From Azolla caroliniana (lineage: Eukaryota > Plantae > Polypodiophyta), in assembly GCA_043228905.1 (NCBI GenBank), contig JBHGNT010000003.1:16740001-16804000 (forward strand): a DNA stretch of 64,000 nt, in the 5' to 3' direction. The translations under genes and the position numbers were made by a program. Below, piece after piece: positions 39,599 to 52,669 of this stretch. Every line of letters starts with the position of its first letter. Positions within the stretch are counted from its first letter, which is position 1. The notes beneath the pieces were generated by a model. The model was given only the letters and a program-made list of their open reading frames with translations, had not been told where the DNA came from and ran no database searches.

Positions 39599-40752
39599 GT
39601 ATTAATCTCGACTTGATCCTTCCTACCGCCTCTTTCACATCGGGTTCACCACTTAATTATGTCGTGAAGATCCGTCACTATGCGCGGATCATGAGGCGGA
39701 ACCGCCGGGGTTCTGGACCAGAAGGATTTAGAGTCGATACAAGCTTTGGCGAGAAAGTACTTAAGATAGATTGGGAAAGAGAGAAGTTGAGATTACACGA
39801 TCAATTTGATAACGAATTTCTTCCTCTTAATTTTCATAAAAAAACCGTGTTTTTTCTCCTCCCCCTTCCCTCTTTTATAGATGCTCTCATGCATATGATG
39901 CATGTGAGGGTACAAGACATGCATAAATTGCATGTTTGCCATTTGGCGCTTAAGTATTACATGTGGTGCATGCTAACCATGTCACTCATTTTAGCTCTCA
40001 TGTATGAGAATTTACATGTAAAAGTACAATGATAGAAATATAATTTCAACTAAATAGCATGGCTTAATGGTAAGCCAATTGACTCCTAACTTGGAGGTGC
40101 AAGGTTCGAATCCATACTTGCCCTCCTTGTATATATTATCTAGTCGCCGGATGCCGGATACCGGTGCCGCCGCCGGATTGCCGTCGGATCACCGGCTCCG
40201 TCGCCGGTCCGGTTTTGGTTGGCCAAAACCCTTTACAAGTAGCTAGCCACCTCCACTCTTAGTTCAAGTTACCTTGAACTCTCTATGCTCCACACATAGA
40301 CACAAAGATAATATCTTTTGCTCCATGTTATATATGATGAGAGCCGTATTTGTCGTGCCTATGTGGGATATCTCACAATTTTCTCTTTTCTTTTCACAAA
40401 CTTTATACCCTCATATCTTGACATTTAGTTGTCCATTTCTCGTGTAATAAAGTGCATTCGAAACCTCCATCATTTTGTACTTAGATATTAAAAATGTTAT
40501 CTTCACAATTATTGTATTATGTGATTCATACTCGATTTCGTACGTTTTATGGGATTTTCACACTATTGCCGAAAATCTTCACGACAGCGTGCGTGCGCAT
40601 GTGTGTGAACACACCTTAGATAGGGACCATCAAGTGAAAAGTATCAAGAGTTAGTCACATTGTTTTGTAATCAAGGCTATATAAAGCCATAAAATATTTC
40701 TAAATATAGTAGCTCATTGTGCATGGTCTCTCTCTCTCTCTCTTATGTGTGT

Positions 40753-40975
40753 GTGCGTATTCTCATGCTAACCCTAACCCCATGGTATGAAAGCAAGGTT
40801 TGTGATCTTGATCACTGTCAAGGAGAAGACAAGACAACTCAAGAAGAGCCGATCAAGAAGAGGGGTGCGTATTCTGATGATAACCCTAACCCCATGGTAT
40901 GAAAGCAAGGTTTGTGATCTTGATCACTATCAAGGACAGGACAAAATGACTCAAGAAGAGCCAAGGAAGAAGAGG
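40753..40975 (+). repeat. 112-bp tandem duplication including the LTR end and PBS
   Basis: TAACCCTAACCCCA-TGGTATGAAAGC with PBS at 40783 and 40895. Confidence 0.9.
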
Positions 40976-42732
40976 ATTGTGGTGGAAAGTGGTGCATGTG
41001 GAAGTGAACCACCGCATTAGTGTGAAGAAAACAAGGAGGTTGTGTTGAGTGCAAGCCTCAGAAGGAGAGAAGAAGCAATACGTGGTGAAGTAGACATCAA
41101 CAAAAAGTCATTGCAAAGAAGAGAAGGTTGCCAAGATAACCGATTATGAGCAGTGAAGGGGTGACCCTGAACCAAGTGGTCACCAAGAAGTTGGACAATC
41201 ACAACTTCTCAATATGGAAGTACCGAATGACCAACTTCTTGATGGGGATGGGTCATTGTAGAGGGGGATTTGGAGAGTCTATCCGAGGTGGATGAGTATC
41301 ATCCAACAAACGATCAGTAGATAGTGCTCAAGGGATGGGTGCAAGGGTCAAGGAAGGTCCTCTACTAGCTATCGATGAACATATCGAATGCCATGGTGGG
41401 ACACATTCAAAATGTGAAGTCCCCAAAGGAAGCACAAGACAACCTCATCAACGTCTTTGTTGTTAACAGGAAGACAAGGAGGCTGCAACTCAAGAATGAG
41501 TTGCACACAATCGAGAAGGGGTAGATGGCGATTTGTGATTATGCGCTCACCATCAAGAGCATATGTGAATCACTCGCATCCATCGACATAACAATAGATG
41601 ATGAGGATCGACCAGAGGTATGCTTGAATGGTCTACGACCACAATACAATATTTTCAAGACATCAATCTTGACAATGGAGAATGCTCCCACATTTGACGA
41701 TCTTGTCTCAAAGTTTATCATTGAAGAACGAAACTTAATGGAGGAATTGGGCAAGAAAAATATTGAGTCAGATGAGGAACTACTCTATTCAAGCTCAAGA
41801 CGAGGCTATGGTGGGTAGCGTAAGCATGCAAAACCACAATGATATGAGAAGCCAATGCAATGGCACTAATCACTCCCATGGAGGATGGAATGGTTCTATT
41901 TGAGCAAATCATCCCGCTAGAGGCCACCAAAGAGGTAGAGGAGAACAAAGTGGCGGAAAAGCTAATAATCACCACGAGAGAAGATGTTGGTACTGCAAAA
42001 AGCAAGGACATGTCCAAGCCCATTGTCCAACCAAACAAGCAGATGAGCGGAATGGGAACATCCAAAATACAAACTATGATGCATGCTCCATCAAACGCCA
42101 TGATCAGAATAGTGGTGAAGTGTTGAGTAGAGAACATGACAGTGCGCTAACAGTACAATATGCACTTAACACCAACAATGATAATCAGGTAGAAGGAAGT
42201 CAAACATGGTATCTTTGACTCATGCGCATTAAACCACACAATAGGCTACAAGGAGTAGTTTGAGCGGCTAGAAAAGATGGAAAGACGTGGCTACATAGAA
42301 ATGAGTGACTGTCAGGAACAATACTAAGACAGAGAAGTACTATCCGGAACAATACTAAGACAAAGAAGGAATTAGTACTAAAAGATGAGGATTAGTACTA
42401 AGGGAGGTGTAGAACTCTCTCTCGAGAAGGAAAGAGTGAGTGAGTGAGAGAGAGAGAGAGAGAGAGAATGATGATAACAATATATATATATATATATTAT
42501 GTGGAGAGAATATATAGTAGTAGCTAGGAGGCTTAAGACTGGCGTTGAACCTATTTGGTTTGAAATAATGCCTTGTGCCTCTTTTATAGTGTTCTCAAGA
42601 GTACTCCTGAAGTTTCTAGAATGTTCCAGAGAAAATAATATCTATTTTCTATACATCTATTTTCTATAGTAATATACATCTATTTTCTATAGTAAAACTT
42701 AATGAAAATAATATTTTTTGTATTACAATATA

Positions 42733-42787
42733 TAGTCTAATGGTCAAGAGCTTGACCCATGTAACATAAGGTCATGGGTTCGAATCT
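42733..42787 (+). promoter_or_regulatory. tRNA-like A-box/B-box cassette in the Gypsy-D LTR (second copy 47577-47631)
   Basis: TAGTCTAATGG...GGTTCGAATCT. Confidence 0.72.
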
Positions 42788-42794
42788 TGCCATA

Positions 42795-45700
42795 TCATGA
42801 CACTATCCTTCCTTTAAAACGATAACGAGTGTTACGAGTCATTTTGGATTGAGGACCTGGTTTGTCTGGATATTGACGATGGAAGTCTTCAAGAAGAGAA
42901 CGAGCATTGGTCACATTTTCTATTGGTTCCCAAGTACGCTTGTTGGGACTATATCCTAGCCAATCGACTAAATAGTAGAGCTTGTTGCAAACAATCTTGG
43001 AATCTAGGATGGCGGCAACCTTGTATTCAGGTCCATCTTCAAGTTTGATCGGGGGTGGAGGTGGTTTAATACGACCTGGGATGGTGCTGTCTTGATAGGG
43101 TTCTAGGAGAGAACTATAAAACATTGGATGTATCTGTAGTTGCGGAGGTAGATCAAGACAAAAAGTGACATCATTAATTCTTTTGATAATATGGAAAGGA
43201 CCTAATCGCCAATAATCCAACTTCTTGCATGGACGAGTAGTCTTGATGTGTTGTCGTAGTAGCATACCCAATCTCCAATGTTAAAACTGGATGGAAGACG
43301 ATTACGATCCGCGTAAACCTTGTGTGTTTGTTGAGCTTGCTATAGATGAGTAGATAAACCCGCTTGTATCTTGCGTAGCCGTTCCAAACGATCCTCTACG
43401 CAAGGATTTGCGGGTAACTCTAGGGTTTCAAATACACACCACCGGGGGTGACAACCCGTGTAAGCATAAAATGGTGTAACCTTTGTCGATGAGTGGACAG
43501 AGTAATTATACGCGAATTTGGCGAAGTGGAGAATATCTGCCCAATCATCTTGATGATAGCTTAGAAAGCTCCGAAGATACTGCTCCAACGTTTGATTTGT
43601 TCGTTCTGCTTGGCCATCTGTTTGTGGGTGGTAGTCGGAGGAGAGGTTACAATTGACCTTGAGCATTTTGAAGAGGTGCTTCCTGAATTTCGAGACGAAC
43701 TGGGGTCCACGGTCGCTAATGATACTATTGGGGAGGCCATGATGCCGACATACCTCATGCATGACAGTTTCGGTGGTTTCTTCACTAGAGATTTCCTTAG
43801 TACATGGCAGGAAATGGGCCAGCTTCGTATATCGATCTACTACTGTCAAGATCGTATCGAATCCCTTAGAAACTGGAAGATCTGTGATGAATCTAGAGCA
43901 ATGGATTGCCACGACTTGCTTGGAATTGGTAATGGTTCTAATAAACCATATGGATGATGCCTTGGCATTTTTGCTCCACAACATTTATCATAAGTCCGAA
44001 CAAAATCTTCGACAAATCGTCACATATGGGGCCCAATGTACTAAATCTAATGTTTTAGTACTACCAAAATGCCCAATTGTATATATGTCACAACAATTTT
44101 GGACTACTCGAAGGCGACAAGAACCATTAGGAACATACAAGATTTTCTTAAAGAATAGCAATCCATCATGACATTCGAATTGTCGATAGTCTGTACCTAG
44201 TTGTTGCGACTGTGAACAAGATGCTCGAGAGGGATCAATGTTTGCGAGAATGGCTTGGGCGAAAGCATCAGTCTTCAAGTCCTCCTGTATGCTATCGATA
44301 ACGTGGGAATCTAATGGCATACCGAAGACTTGCGTTGCTTGCAGTCATGCCGGTTCCAGGATTACTTGCTTTTGGTTATCAAAAGTTGGCTCGTCAGGAC
44401 GCGGTGCTAGATACAAGCACCGTGATAATGCATCTACCTTCCCTTTTTGCTTTCCCGAACGATATGTAATTTTGAAGTCGAAAAGAGTGAGGAATTGGGC
44501 CCACCGAGCTTGACGTAGATTTAACACATGAGCATTATGAAAATAGGCAAGGTTTTTGTGATCACTGAATACGGTGACTTGATGAGAAGATCCCTCTAGA
44601 AAATGCCTCCATTGCGTAAAAGAGTCCACTACTGCTAATAGCTCCTTATCATGAATTTCATAGTTGATTTCGGTGTCGTCAAACTTGCATGAGTGGAAAG
44701 CCACTGGATGTTGTGACAAAATGATACCCAAGGCAAAATCCAACGCGTCTACCTTAATGATGAATGGTTTTTTCGGATCAACATGAGCTAGAATAGGAGC
44801 CGATGTAAATGCATTCTTAAGACTCTCAAAAGAGTCCACCATTGCTAATAGCTCCTTATCATGAATTTCATAGTTGATTTTGGTGTCCTCAAACTTGCAT
44901 GAGTGGAAAGCCACTGGATATTGTGACAAAATGCTACCCAAGGCAAAATCCGACGCGTCTACCTTAATGATGAATGGTTTTTCCAGATCAACATGAGCTA
45001 GAATAGGAGCTGATGTAAATGCCTTCTTAAGACTCTCAAAAGCCACGTCCGCTTCTTCAGACCAACCGAACAATTGTCCATTCCTGGTAAGCTCTGTGAG
45101 AGGCAAAACAAGCTTTGAGTAATCTTGTATAAACTTGCGGTAGAAATTGGCAAAGCCTAAAAGCATTGCACATCTCACAACGAATGTGGAGTCTGCCATT
45201 CTACCACCGTTTTGAACTTAGCTGGATCCATGGAGATGCCTTTCGAGGATATGACAGAGCCCAGAAATTCCACCTGGTTGCACTCGAAGCTACATTTTTC
45301 TAGTTTTGCATAAAGACCATGTTCTTGAAGCTGTTTTAATACTAACAATACATGAGAATCATGCTCTTCTTGGGTCTTCGAATAAACCAGTAGATCATCC
45401 AAATAGATGATCAAACAAACATCCAAGAGATCTCAGAATATATCATTTGCCATGTGCAAGAAGACAGTTGGTGCATTAGTGAGACTGAATGACATGACAT
45501 ATCTAGTGCAGAACACGGTCTTCCATTCATCTCCTGGTTGGATTTGTATGAGGTTATATGCTTCTTGTAAGTCGATCTTTGTGAAGAACCTTGCACCATT
45601 GATCCGTTCTAAATGACTTGAGATAAGGGGAAGTGCATACCTATTCCTGATGGTGACGTTATTCAAGCCGCAATAGTCTACGACGAGACGAAGTGATCCA

Positions 45701-47096
45701 TCATTTTTCTTGATGAAGAAAATGGGTGCGCCGGCTGAAGATTTCGAATGTCGAATGAAACCGTTTGCCAAATTCTCCTCTATATAGGCAAAATCCGACG
45801 CGTCTACCTTAATGATGAATGGACTTCTAGCTCGGTTGATGATAAATTGTAAATCGATCCCCATGGTGGCGCTTTTCCCAATTGTAAATTGATAGGGCAA
45901 TCATACGGTCGGTGGTGAGGAAGCGTATTGGCTTGTACCTTATCGAACACATCGGCATACTGACGATACTTCTCTGGAACTTGAACTGTGAATTCCTCTT
46001 TATTAGTGTTGGAAGGTTTTACTGATACCGCGAAGACAAACATTGCTTGCATCCTTCCTCACGCAATTGATGTAGTGAAATGGTTGCAATCTTATGAGTA
46101 GATCCTCGGATTTGTCGATACCAGATTTCTCTTGTTCTCCAATCTATGTCTGGGTTATTTAATTCGAACCACGGTAACCCCAAGACAATTGGATGATCTG
46201 GACTACTAATTATATTAAATGATACTGCATACACCAAGTTATCTAGGACAACTTGAATCAGCTTTGACTCCTTTACCATTTTTCCGGAAACAATGGGATG
46301 ACCATCAATAACTACTACAGATGTTGGGCAAGAAAGTTTTCTTAGGGATATCTGATTAGCTTGGGCAAAATTCCTATCCATGAAGCAAGAGTTGGCTCCA
46401 GAATCTAAGAGTGCTAAGACATGTACTGGAGGAGTACTTTTAGTACTAACCATTACTTGAGCTAAGAACACATTGCTAACTTGCTTAGAGGAAATGGAAC
46501 CACTAATGGGCTACACAGATCTAGGGATGTCCAACCAAACGACTCCTAATTTGGCTGGACTTAATCATTTAACTCTTCTTCTAGTTGACCAAGGATTTCA
46601 AATTTGTTTGAAAGGCTTGGGCTATTAGGACTATTAGACACCCCTAGAGAAATAGACTTGGGTTTAGTACAATTAGTACTAGCGGTTATTTGATTTACCT
46701 GCCTTCTTGGCCGATGGGGACAGTTCACTGCAATATGCCCTAGTCCACTGCAATAAAGACATAATCGATTTGCCTAGCATCACTGCTTTTCTTCTTTCGA
46801 TAGGGGTCCGCGACGACGTGTGGTGTTGATTTCCATTGGAGTATTTGTTGGAGACGTTTATGAAACCCTTGCGTAATTGGTCCTTGTTGTTGTAACGCTA
46901 CAATGGTCGCTTCGAGTTGTTGCACACGTAACGCTAGGTCCCCGTGTTGTTGTTGCGTCAGCTGCTTCTCTAAGGAGATTTGTTGAAGCTTCCCCAACAG
47001 TTGTTGATTTTCTTGTTCCAATGCTAGAAACTTCTCTTTCAAGCATTGCAACTCCGAGAAAACGAATTGATATGCTTGAGCGCTAACAGTGGCCAT
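42795..47096 (-). pseudogene. Gypsy-D gag-pol with chromodomain
   Basis: ALLDSGAN, LRLVVDY, YLDDLL, DASDFALG, SDRGPQF, HPQTDGQ, YKVAAILDS...YLVDWLGY...TWEP. Confidence 0.92.
44618..45041. repeat. In-frame 210-bp tandem duplication in RNase H
   Basis: FESLK.AFTSAPILAH...KELLA.VDSF occurs twice. Confidence 0.92.
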
Positions 47097-47658
47097 AGTA
47101 TGAGAGAAAAGAGGAATAAGAGATTAGTATGAAGGGAGGGTGAAGTAAGAAGATAAAAGGAAGAGAAGGAAGGAGACTAAAAATAGGTTCAAACTGTAAG
47201 GAACAATACTAAGACAAAGAAGTATTGTCAGGAACAGTATTAAGACAAAGAAGGAATTAGTACTAAAAGATGAGGATTAGTATTAAGGGAGGTGTAGAAC
47301 TCTCGAGAGAAGGAAAGAGTGAGTGAGTGAGTGTGAAAGAGAGAGAATGATGATAACAAAAGATATATATTATGTGAAGAGAATATACAGTAGTAGCTAG
47401 GAGGCTTAAGATTGGCGTTGAACCGATTTGGTTCGAATTAATGCCTTATGCCTCCTTTTATAGTGTTATCAGGAGTAATCCTGAAGTTTCTAGAATGTTC
47501 CAGCAAATTTTGAAATATACATCTATTTTCTATAGTAAAACTTAAATGAAAATAATATCCTTCGTATTACAATATATAGTCTAATGGTCAAGAGCTTGAC
47601 CCATGTAACATAAGGTCAGGGGTTCGAATCTTGCCATATTAGGACAACGACAACACGA

Positions 47659-48530
47659 TGTTGTGATGTGGTGTGTATAGTGGGAGAAAAAGTGTGGTTC
47701 CATGCTCATTACACAAACACTTGTAAAAATAAAAATAAGCATAGGGCCTAATGGCATTATCAACTTTTATGTATTTCATATTCATATTACATAGGAAACA
47801 ACCATACAAAACCATCTGCACAATACCATGGGCTTGGTATCTCCATGTACAGTACAAGCAAGACCGTGAGCACAAAAACCATGGCTCCAAGCCCATGGTT
47901 TTGTGCATGGAGATACCTATAAAAACCCCACTAGGGCTTGTGTAAAGGGGGGTTGAATATGTGATATGATCATCATTATCATGAATACACCATTCTTCTT
48001 ATTCGTACTCTCATTTATCTTCTCAAGTGTACAAATTTTGTTCTTTTCATGTGTGGCACTGTTTTCCTCGACTTTACGCTCACATCGTCATTTTTTTGAT
48101 AACTTGTCAGACATCCTCCCTAGTCCAAGACCCCGGTGGTACCGCTCCAATAGCATACACACATGCGAATCTTTGTGACATCATTTGGTGAACCTAACGT
48201 GAAGAGTGGCAGGGGAGGATGAAGACGGACGAAGAATATCTCATGGAGGAAATGTCAAAAGTGATGGTGGAATTTTCGAGAAAAGGGAAAAGACGAGACG
48301 TGGCCCAACAAGCCGTTGAGAGCGTGATTGAGCGAGTTAGTTGTTTCAACGGGGGCGAAGTCCCAAATTTTCTAAAAGCCTACAATGCCCAGATGGATTA
48401 GAGAGGTGTGGAAGAAGCAATGAGGATGGAGTACTTTTGTCGGGTGGTGGTTGAAAGAGTTTCAAGAAGCTCACGATTCGTGGGGGATCCTTCGAAGAAG
48501 CTTTACAAGAGGCTTTAAGAAGTTAGAAAC
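47659..48530 (+). mobile_element. Truncated Gypsy-A: 5' LTR (47659-48180), Trp PBS and gag start
   Basis: TGTTGTGATG...TTTGTGACA; PBS TGGTGAACCTAACGTGA at 48186; gag AVESVIERVSCFNGGEVPNFLKAY resembles Gypsy-B gag. Confidence 0.85.
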
Positions 48531-48534
48531 TACA

Positions 48535-49845
48535 TTGTAATTTGGGCATGAACTCCATGGATCATCCTCAATCCGATGGACAGACAGAATGGGTAAATCA
48601 AATTATTGAGGACATGCTATGAGCATACGTTGGTGCAAAGCCAACCAAAATGAGAACGTTATCTCCTAATTTTGGTGTTTGCTTATGTTGCATATGAGGG
48701 ACCGGCCACAACCGAATTCCAAGACAAATGCAAAGACAAGAAGAGACTAAACAAAGCAGAAAATGACACAAAGAATGAAACAAGATGTTAACGTGGAAAA
48801 CCCTTGAAGGGAAAAACCATGGGAGCCCATAGACTCCGAACATAATCACTATGTATCGAGAGGAATACAACAAGAGGCTCTGAGGCAACAACATCAAGGT
48901 CTTCTTCATCTAAAGACTGTTATGAAGGAGTTACTCACACTCTCTCCCACTCTTTGTCAGACTCTCTCTTACACCCTAGTTACAGAGGTAACTCTACACA
49001 CTAACTATTCACAACAATGATTCATCATATCTAACTACTTGCCCTAACAATATTTATAATCATATACACAATACGAGTTATTTACAAATATATCCCACTA
49101 AGGGCACATTGAGGCTATTTACAATTATAACCCTGAGTTGGCTTTGATCGATTCGACTATTAGCCGAATCGATTATTACCTAATTTTTTGCCTCGACTGA
49201 ATCAGGAATCAGTCGATTTTTCAGCCTCGGCCTGTTGACTAATTCTGCTTACTCTTCTCTCTGATTCACGTTCTCCTTCCCATCCGAACATACCTGTTTC
49301 CTAACAGCTTTACTCCAAACATACATTGATGGGATATAGTCTTTTTATGTTGATGTATGGTTTTCAGCCAGGAGACCCGATTGATGTTAATATACACCAT
49401 GATGAGTTGCACAGTACGAAAACTTTCTAAGGGATATGCAAGATATGTTGCATATTGCACGAGATAATATAAAAATTGCTCAAGATAGAGCGTGTTTTTA
49501 TGCTGACCATAATAGGCAACATCGTGTATTCAACCTTGGACAGAAGGTATTTCTATGTGTACCTCACAATTCTAAAACATTATATACGTGTAGGTGTACT
49601 AAGTTAGCGCCAAGGTTTTGTGGACCTTTTATAGTCCTCAAATGCATTGCTTCATCAACATATCGTCTCGCTCTTCCTTATGGTGTTGAAATCTATCCTA
49701 TTTTTCATGGAAGTTGTCTAAAAGAATTGCTTGGTTCTGACAACAATACAATTACAATTCAAACTCTGGTTATTTCTGAAGATTTAACTTCTAAACCACA
49801 TGTACCAGAGAGGATTCTCGATGTTAAAATGAAACATTTACATTC
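48535..49845 (+). pseudogene. Gypsy-C-related integrase C-terminal fragment
   Basis: High similarity to 29271-29930; split by a solo LTR. Confidence 0.88.
48686..49306 (-). mobile_element. Copia solo LTR related to the Copia-2 LTR
   Basis: TGTTAGGA...CAACA on minus; shares GGCTCCC.TGGTTTTTCCC...GGGTTTTCCAC.TTAACATC with 5498-5541; TSD GCTTA/GCTTT. Confidence 0.8.
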
Positions 49846-50001
49846 TATTATTTCCTTGTCATATGCTTACATTAGGATTAAGCTTTAACGTTGGTGATAT
49901 ATTTGATGAGAATCAGTTGTTGATCCTTCTTTGTTTGTGAATGTGACAAAAGCAAAACTTGTTGCTATATGCATTTATGTTGATGACTAGATTGTTACAA
50001 G

Positions 50002-50661
50002 CATAGATTGACATATTCGCATTCTTTGGGTTTCCCATTCAAATGCAAACGAATACGAATACGAATGGGTGGTCAAGTATTCGTTTAACTCAAAAAAAAA
50101 TCTCTGTCCTTTTTAATTTCCTAGAATAAAAAAAGGAACTTGACAATAAATAGGGATAATAAAAGAGGGACTTGGGATTTAACACTACTAAATTTTTATA
50201 ATAAATGTAAAACTTATAAGTTATAAGTATTCGTTTTATTTTTAATAAATAAATAAAATAAAATAAAGGCTCATTAATTTCTCACTTTTTATTCCCTCAA
50301 AACTTATGGATATTTTTATTTTCACATTAAAAATAGTACTTCAAACTAATCATATATGTATTCAAAGTTCATACTAATCATATTTGTATAATAAATATAA
50401 AAATATTCATTTTTAAAAAATTAATTAATTGATTGATTAATTAAAATAAGTTTCATAAACTCTCTTGACACTATAATCTATTAATGAATAATTGTTCTTT
50501 TTTTGGTAAAATAAATTTATTTAAATAAATAAATAAATATTTTATATTTATTTTGTAAAACGAATGGTTTTTTAATATTCTCGGGGCCATTCCATATTCT
50601 CGAATATTGAGAATATTGTGCATGGAGAATATCACGAATATCATGCATGTGTCAATCTATG
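50002..50661. mobile_element. Non-autonomous hAT-type DNA transposon / MITE
   Basis: TIR CATAGATTGACA/TGTCAATCTATG; perfect 8-bp TSD GTTACAAG (49994-50001, 50662-50669); AT-rich core with subterminal TATTCG/CGAATA motifs. Confidence 0.93.
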
Positions 50662-51227
50662 GTTACAAGTGATGATGATGAGAACATCAAAGATATTAAA
50701 AGGAAGTTGAAATCTGAATTCAAAATTTCAGATCTTGGTGAGTTGAAATATTTCTTAGGTATTGAGATAGTAAAAAAAAGAAAACTGATTATGCTTATCA
50801 CAAAGAAAATACTTTTTTGCATGTAAACCATTTACGAATGCCTTTGGATGATAATACTAAGTTTACATATCATGATGGTGAAAAGATTGAAGATGCTCAA
50901 CTATATAGAAGTATAATTGGGTCATTGATTTATGCTACAATCACAAGGTTGGACATTGTTCATATTGTTGGTGTTTTGTCTCAATTTATTCAAGAGCCCA
51001 TGGTGAATCATTTAAAAGTTCTATTAGAAACTTTTTCAGATACATTAAAGGAATAATCAATTATGGTTTAAAATTAATTTATGATTATGATGCTAATCTA
51101 GACCCAAAAGGATATTGTGATGTTGATTGGGCTAGATCTCCAAATGTTAGGAGAAGCATATCTGGATATGTGTTTATGTTAGGTACAAAAACCATATCAT
51201 GGAGTTCAAAGAAACAACCAACGATAA

Positions 51228-52669
51228 TGTTGTAGTAAAAAGTTTACATGTGTGGAAACTTGTAAACAAAATAGACACAACCAACTTAGTTGGACAACAA
51301 TAGATAGTTAGGTAAGAAACAAAGAATGACACGTGTGAGAGAGAGAGAGAGACAGAGTTAGCAGACAACAAAACTTAATTCAAAATAATAACACTTTGTA
51401 CATCGAATGTGCTCATTAAGCACTATTTATACAAGCCACTATCAGGGGCTAACAAAAATACTAACATGTACTTTAATGCTCACTTAAGAGCATCTAACAT
51501 TAGATGCCTATTATATTCCTATTACTAAAAATAGGAATATAGGCCTCTAACGGCCTGTCAGCTCCCAACTGATTTAGGTGTCGACTTCTCCAGCGATCCT
51601 TCAGCCGATCTGGCTTTCGACTTCTTCGGCTAATCCAACATGTTGAGCTTGTCACTCAACACTCACCCTCAAGCTCAACTTGAGGTCATCGTTCGCTGTA
51701 GCCGGTCCCTCGCGTCGGCTCCTCCTGTCAACATTCCTCCTAACTCGCGCTTCTTGACCCGCCTGGTCTCACACTCCTCGATCCCTCTAGTCGGCTTGTA
51801 TGATCCTTAGGCCCCTGTCGGCCTTCTTCAAACCCTTATGGCTTCAACGTCCTCTGATCTGTCAACTCTCTCATCTCGGCATCGTATTCAGTTGCCCTCT
51901 CACTCAATTGACGTTCTTTTGATTCGGCTTATCTGAATCATCTCCTTTATCCGAATTGGTTGTCTTTGATTTGTCTTCTCCTTCGGCTCTCCCCTTGCCC
52001 TCAGCTGGCTTTAGCTCCGGTTTGTCCGCTATGTTGCTTCCCATGTCAATTGGTCTTCCCTTCACCAATTTTCTCCCTTCCGTTACCTGAGCTATTTCAG
52101 TTGTCCCCTCCCCCTTGACTCTCCCCCTCAAGTTCAGCACATCGAGGTACTATAACCCAAGCATGCCCAAGAATTGTCATAACTTGTCGAGTCCAAGATG
52201 TTTGGTGAAGATGTCAACCACATGCCGATCGGTTAGAACACATTTCAGTTCGACTTCACCATTGAGAATGTGCCCACGCATGAAGTGATAGTGCACTTCT
52301 ATGTGCTTAGTTCGAGTATGGAAGACAGGGTTCTTAGCAAGTTGGATGCTATTGAGGTTGTCGTCGTAGATCATCGTCAGATCAGCAACCTCCACCCGCA
52401 GATCCCTCAATAGTTGCTTAAGCCAAATGGCTTCACACGTAGCAACAACCACTCCTCAATATTCGGCCTTAGTGCTCGACGGGGCTACTATCGGCGGCTT
52501 CTTGCTGCACTAGGCAATTGTCACACTCCCCAAGGAGAACACATGTCCCAATGTCGATAAGAGATCGCCAACATTTCCAGCCCAATCGACATCCGCGTAG
52601 CCGACTAACTATTCGACTACACAAATCCGATATAGCATCCCACAGTCCTTAGTGCTGCTAACATATCTC
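51228..52669 (-). mobile_element. Copia-J 3' part (3' LTR 51228-51661, PPT, RNase H)
   Basis: LTR begins TGTTGAGTGACAAGCTCAA like Copia-H; KNPVFHTRTKHIEVHYHF. Confidence 0.87.

Larger units (their letters stand above)
32720..40586 (-). mobile_element. Gypsy-B, full length, tRNA-Trp primed
   Basis: LTRs 39660-40586 (5') and 32720-33687 (3'), near-identical; PBS TGGTGAACCCGATGTGA 39635-39651; G-rich PPT 33688-33700. Confidence 0.95.
42310..47646 (-). mobile_element. Gypsy-D chromovirus (Tcn1/Tf1-like), degenerate
   Basis: LTRs 42310-42802 and 47195-47646; PPT GGAAGGATAG; TSD GTGAC/ACGAC (both derivable from GCGAC); no tRNA PBS. Confidence 0.92.
32026..51227 (+). mobile_element. Old, degenerate Copia-I hosting many insertions
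   Basis: 5' LTR probably 32026-32053 plus 40591-40782; PBS TGGTATGAAAGC at 40783; gag/PR remnants 41146-42309; RT/RH remnants 49860-51227 (IYVDD, DLGELKYFLGIE, SWSSKKQPT). That the two halves belong to one element is inferred. Confidence 0.6.
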
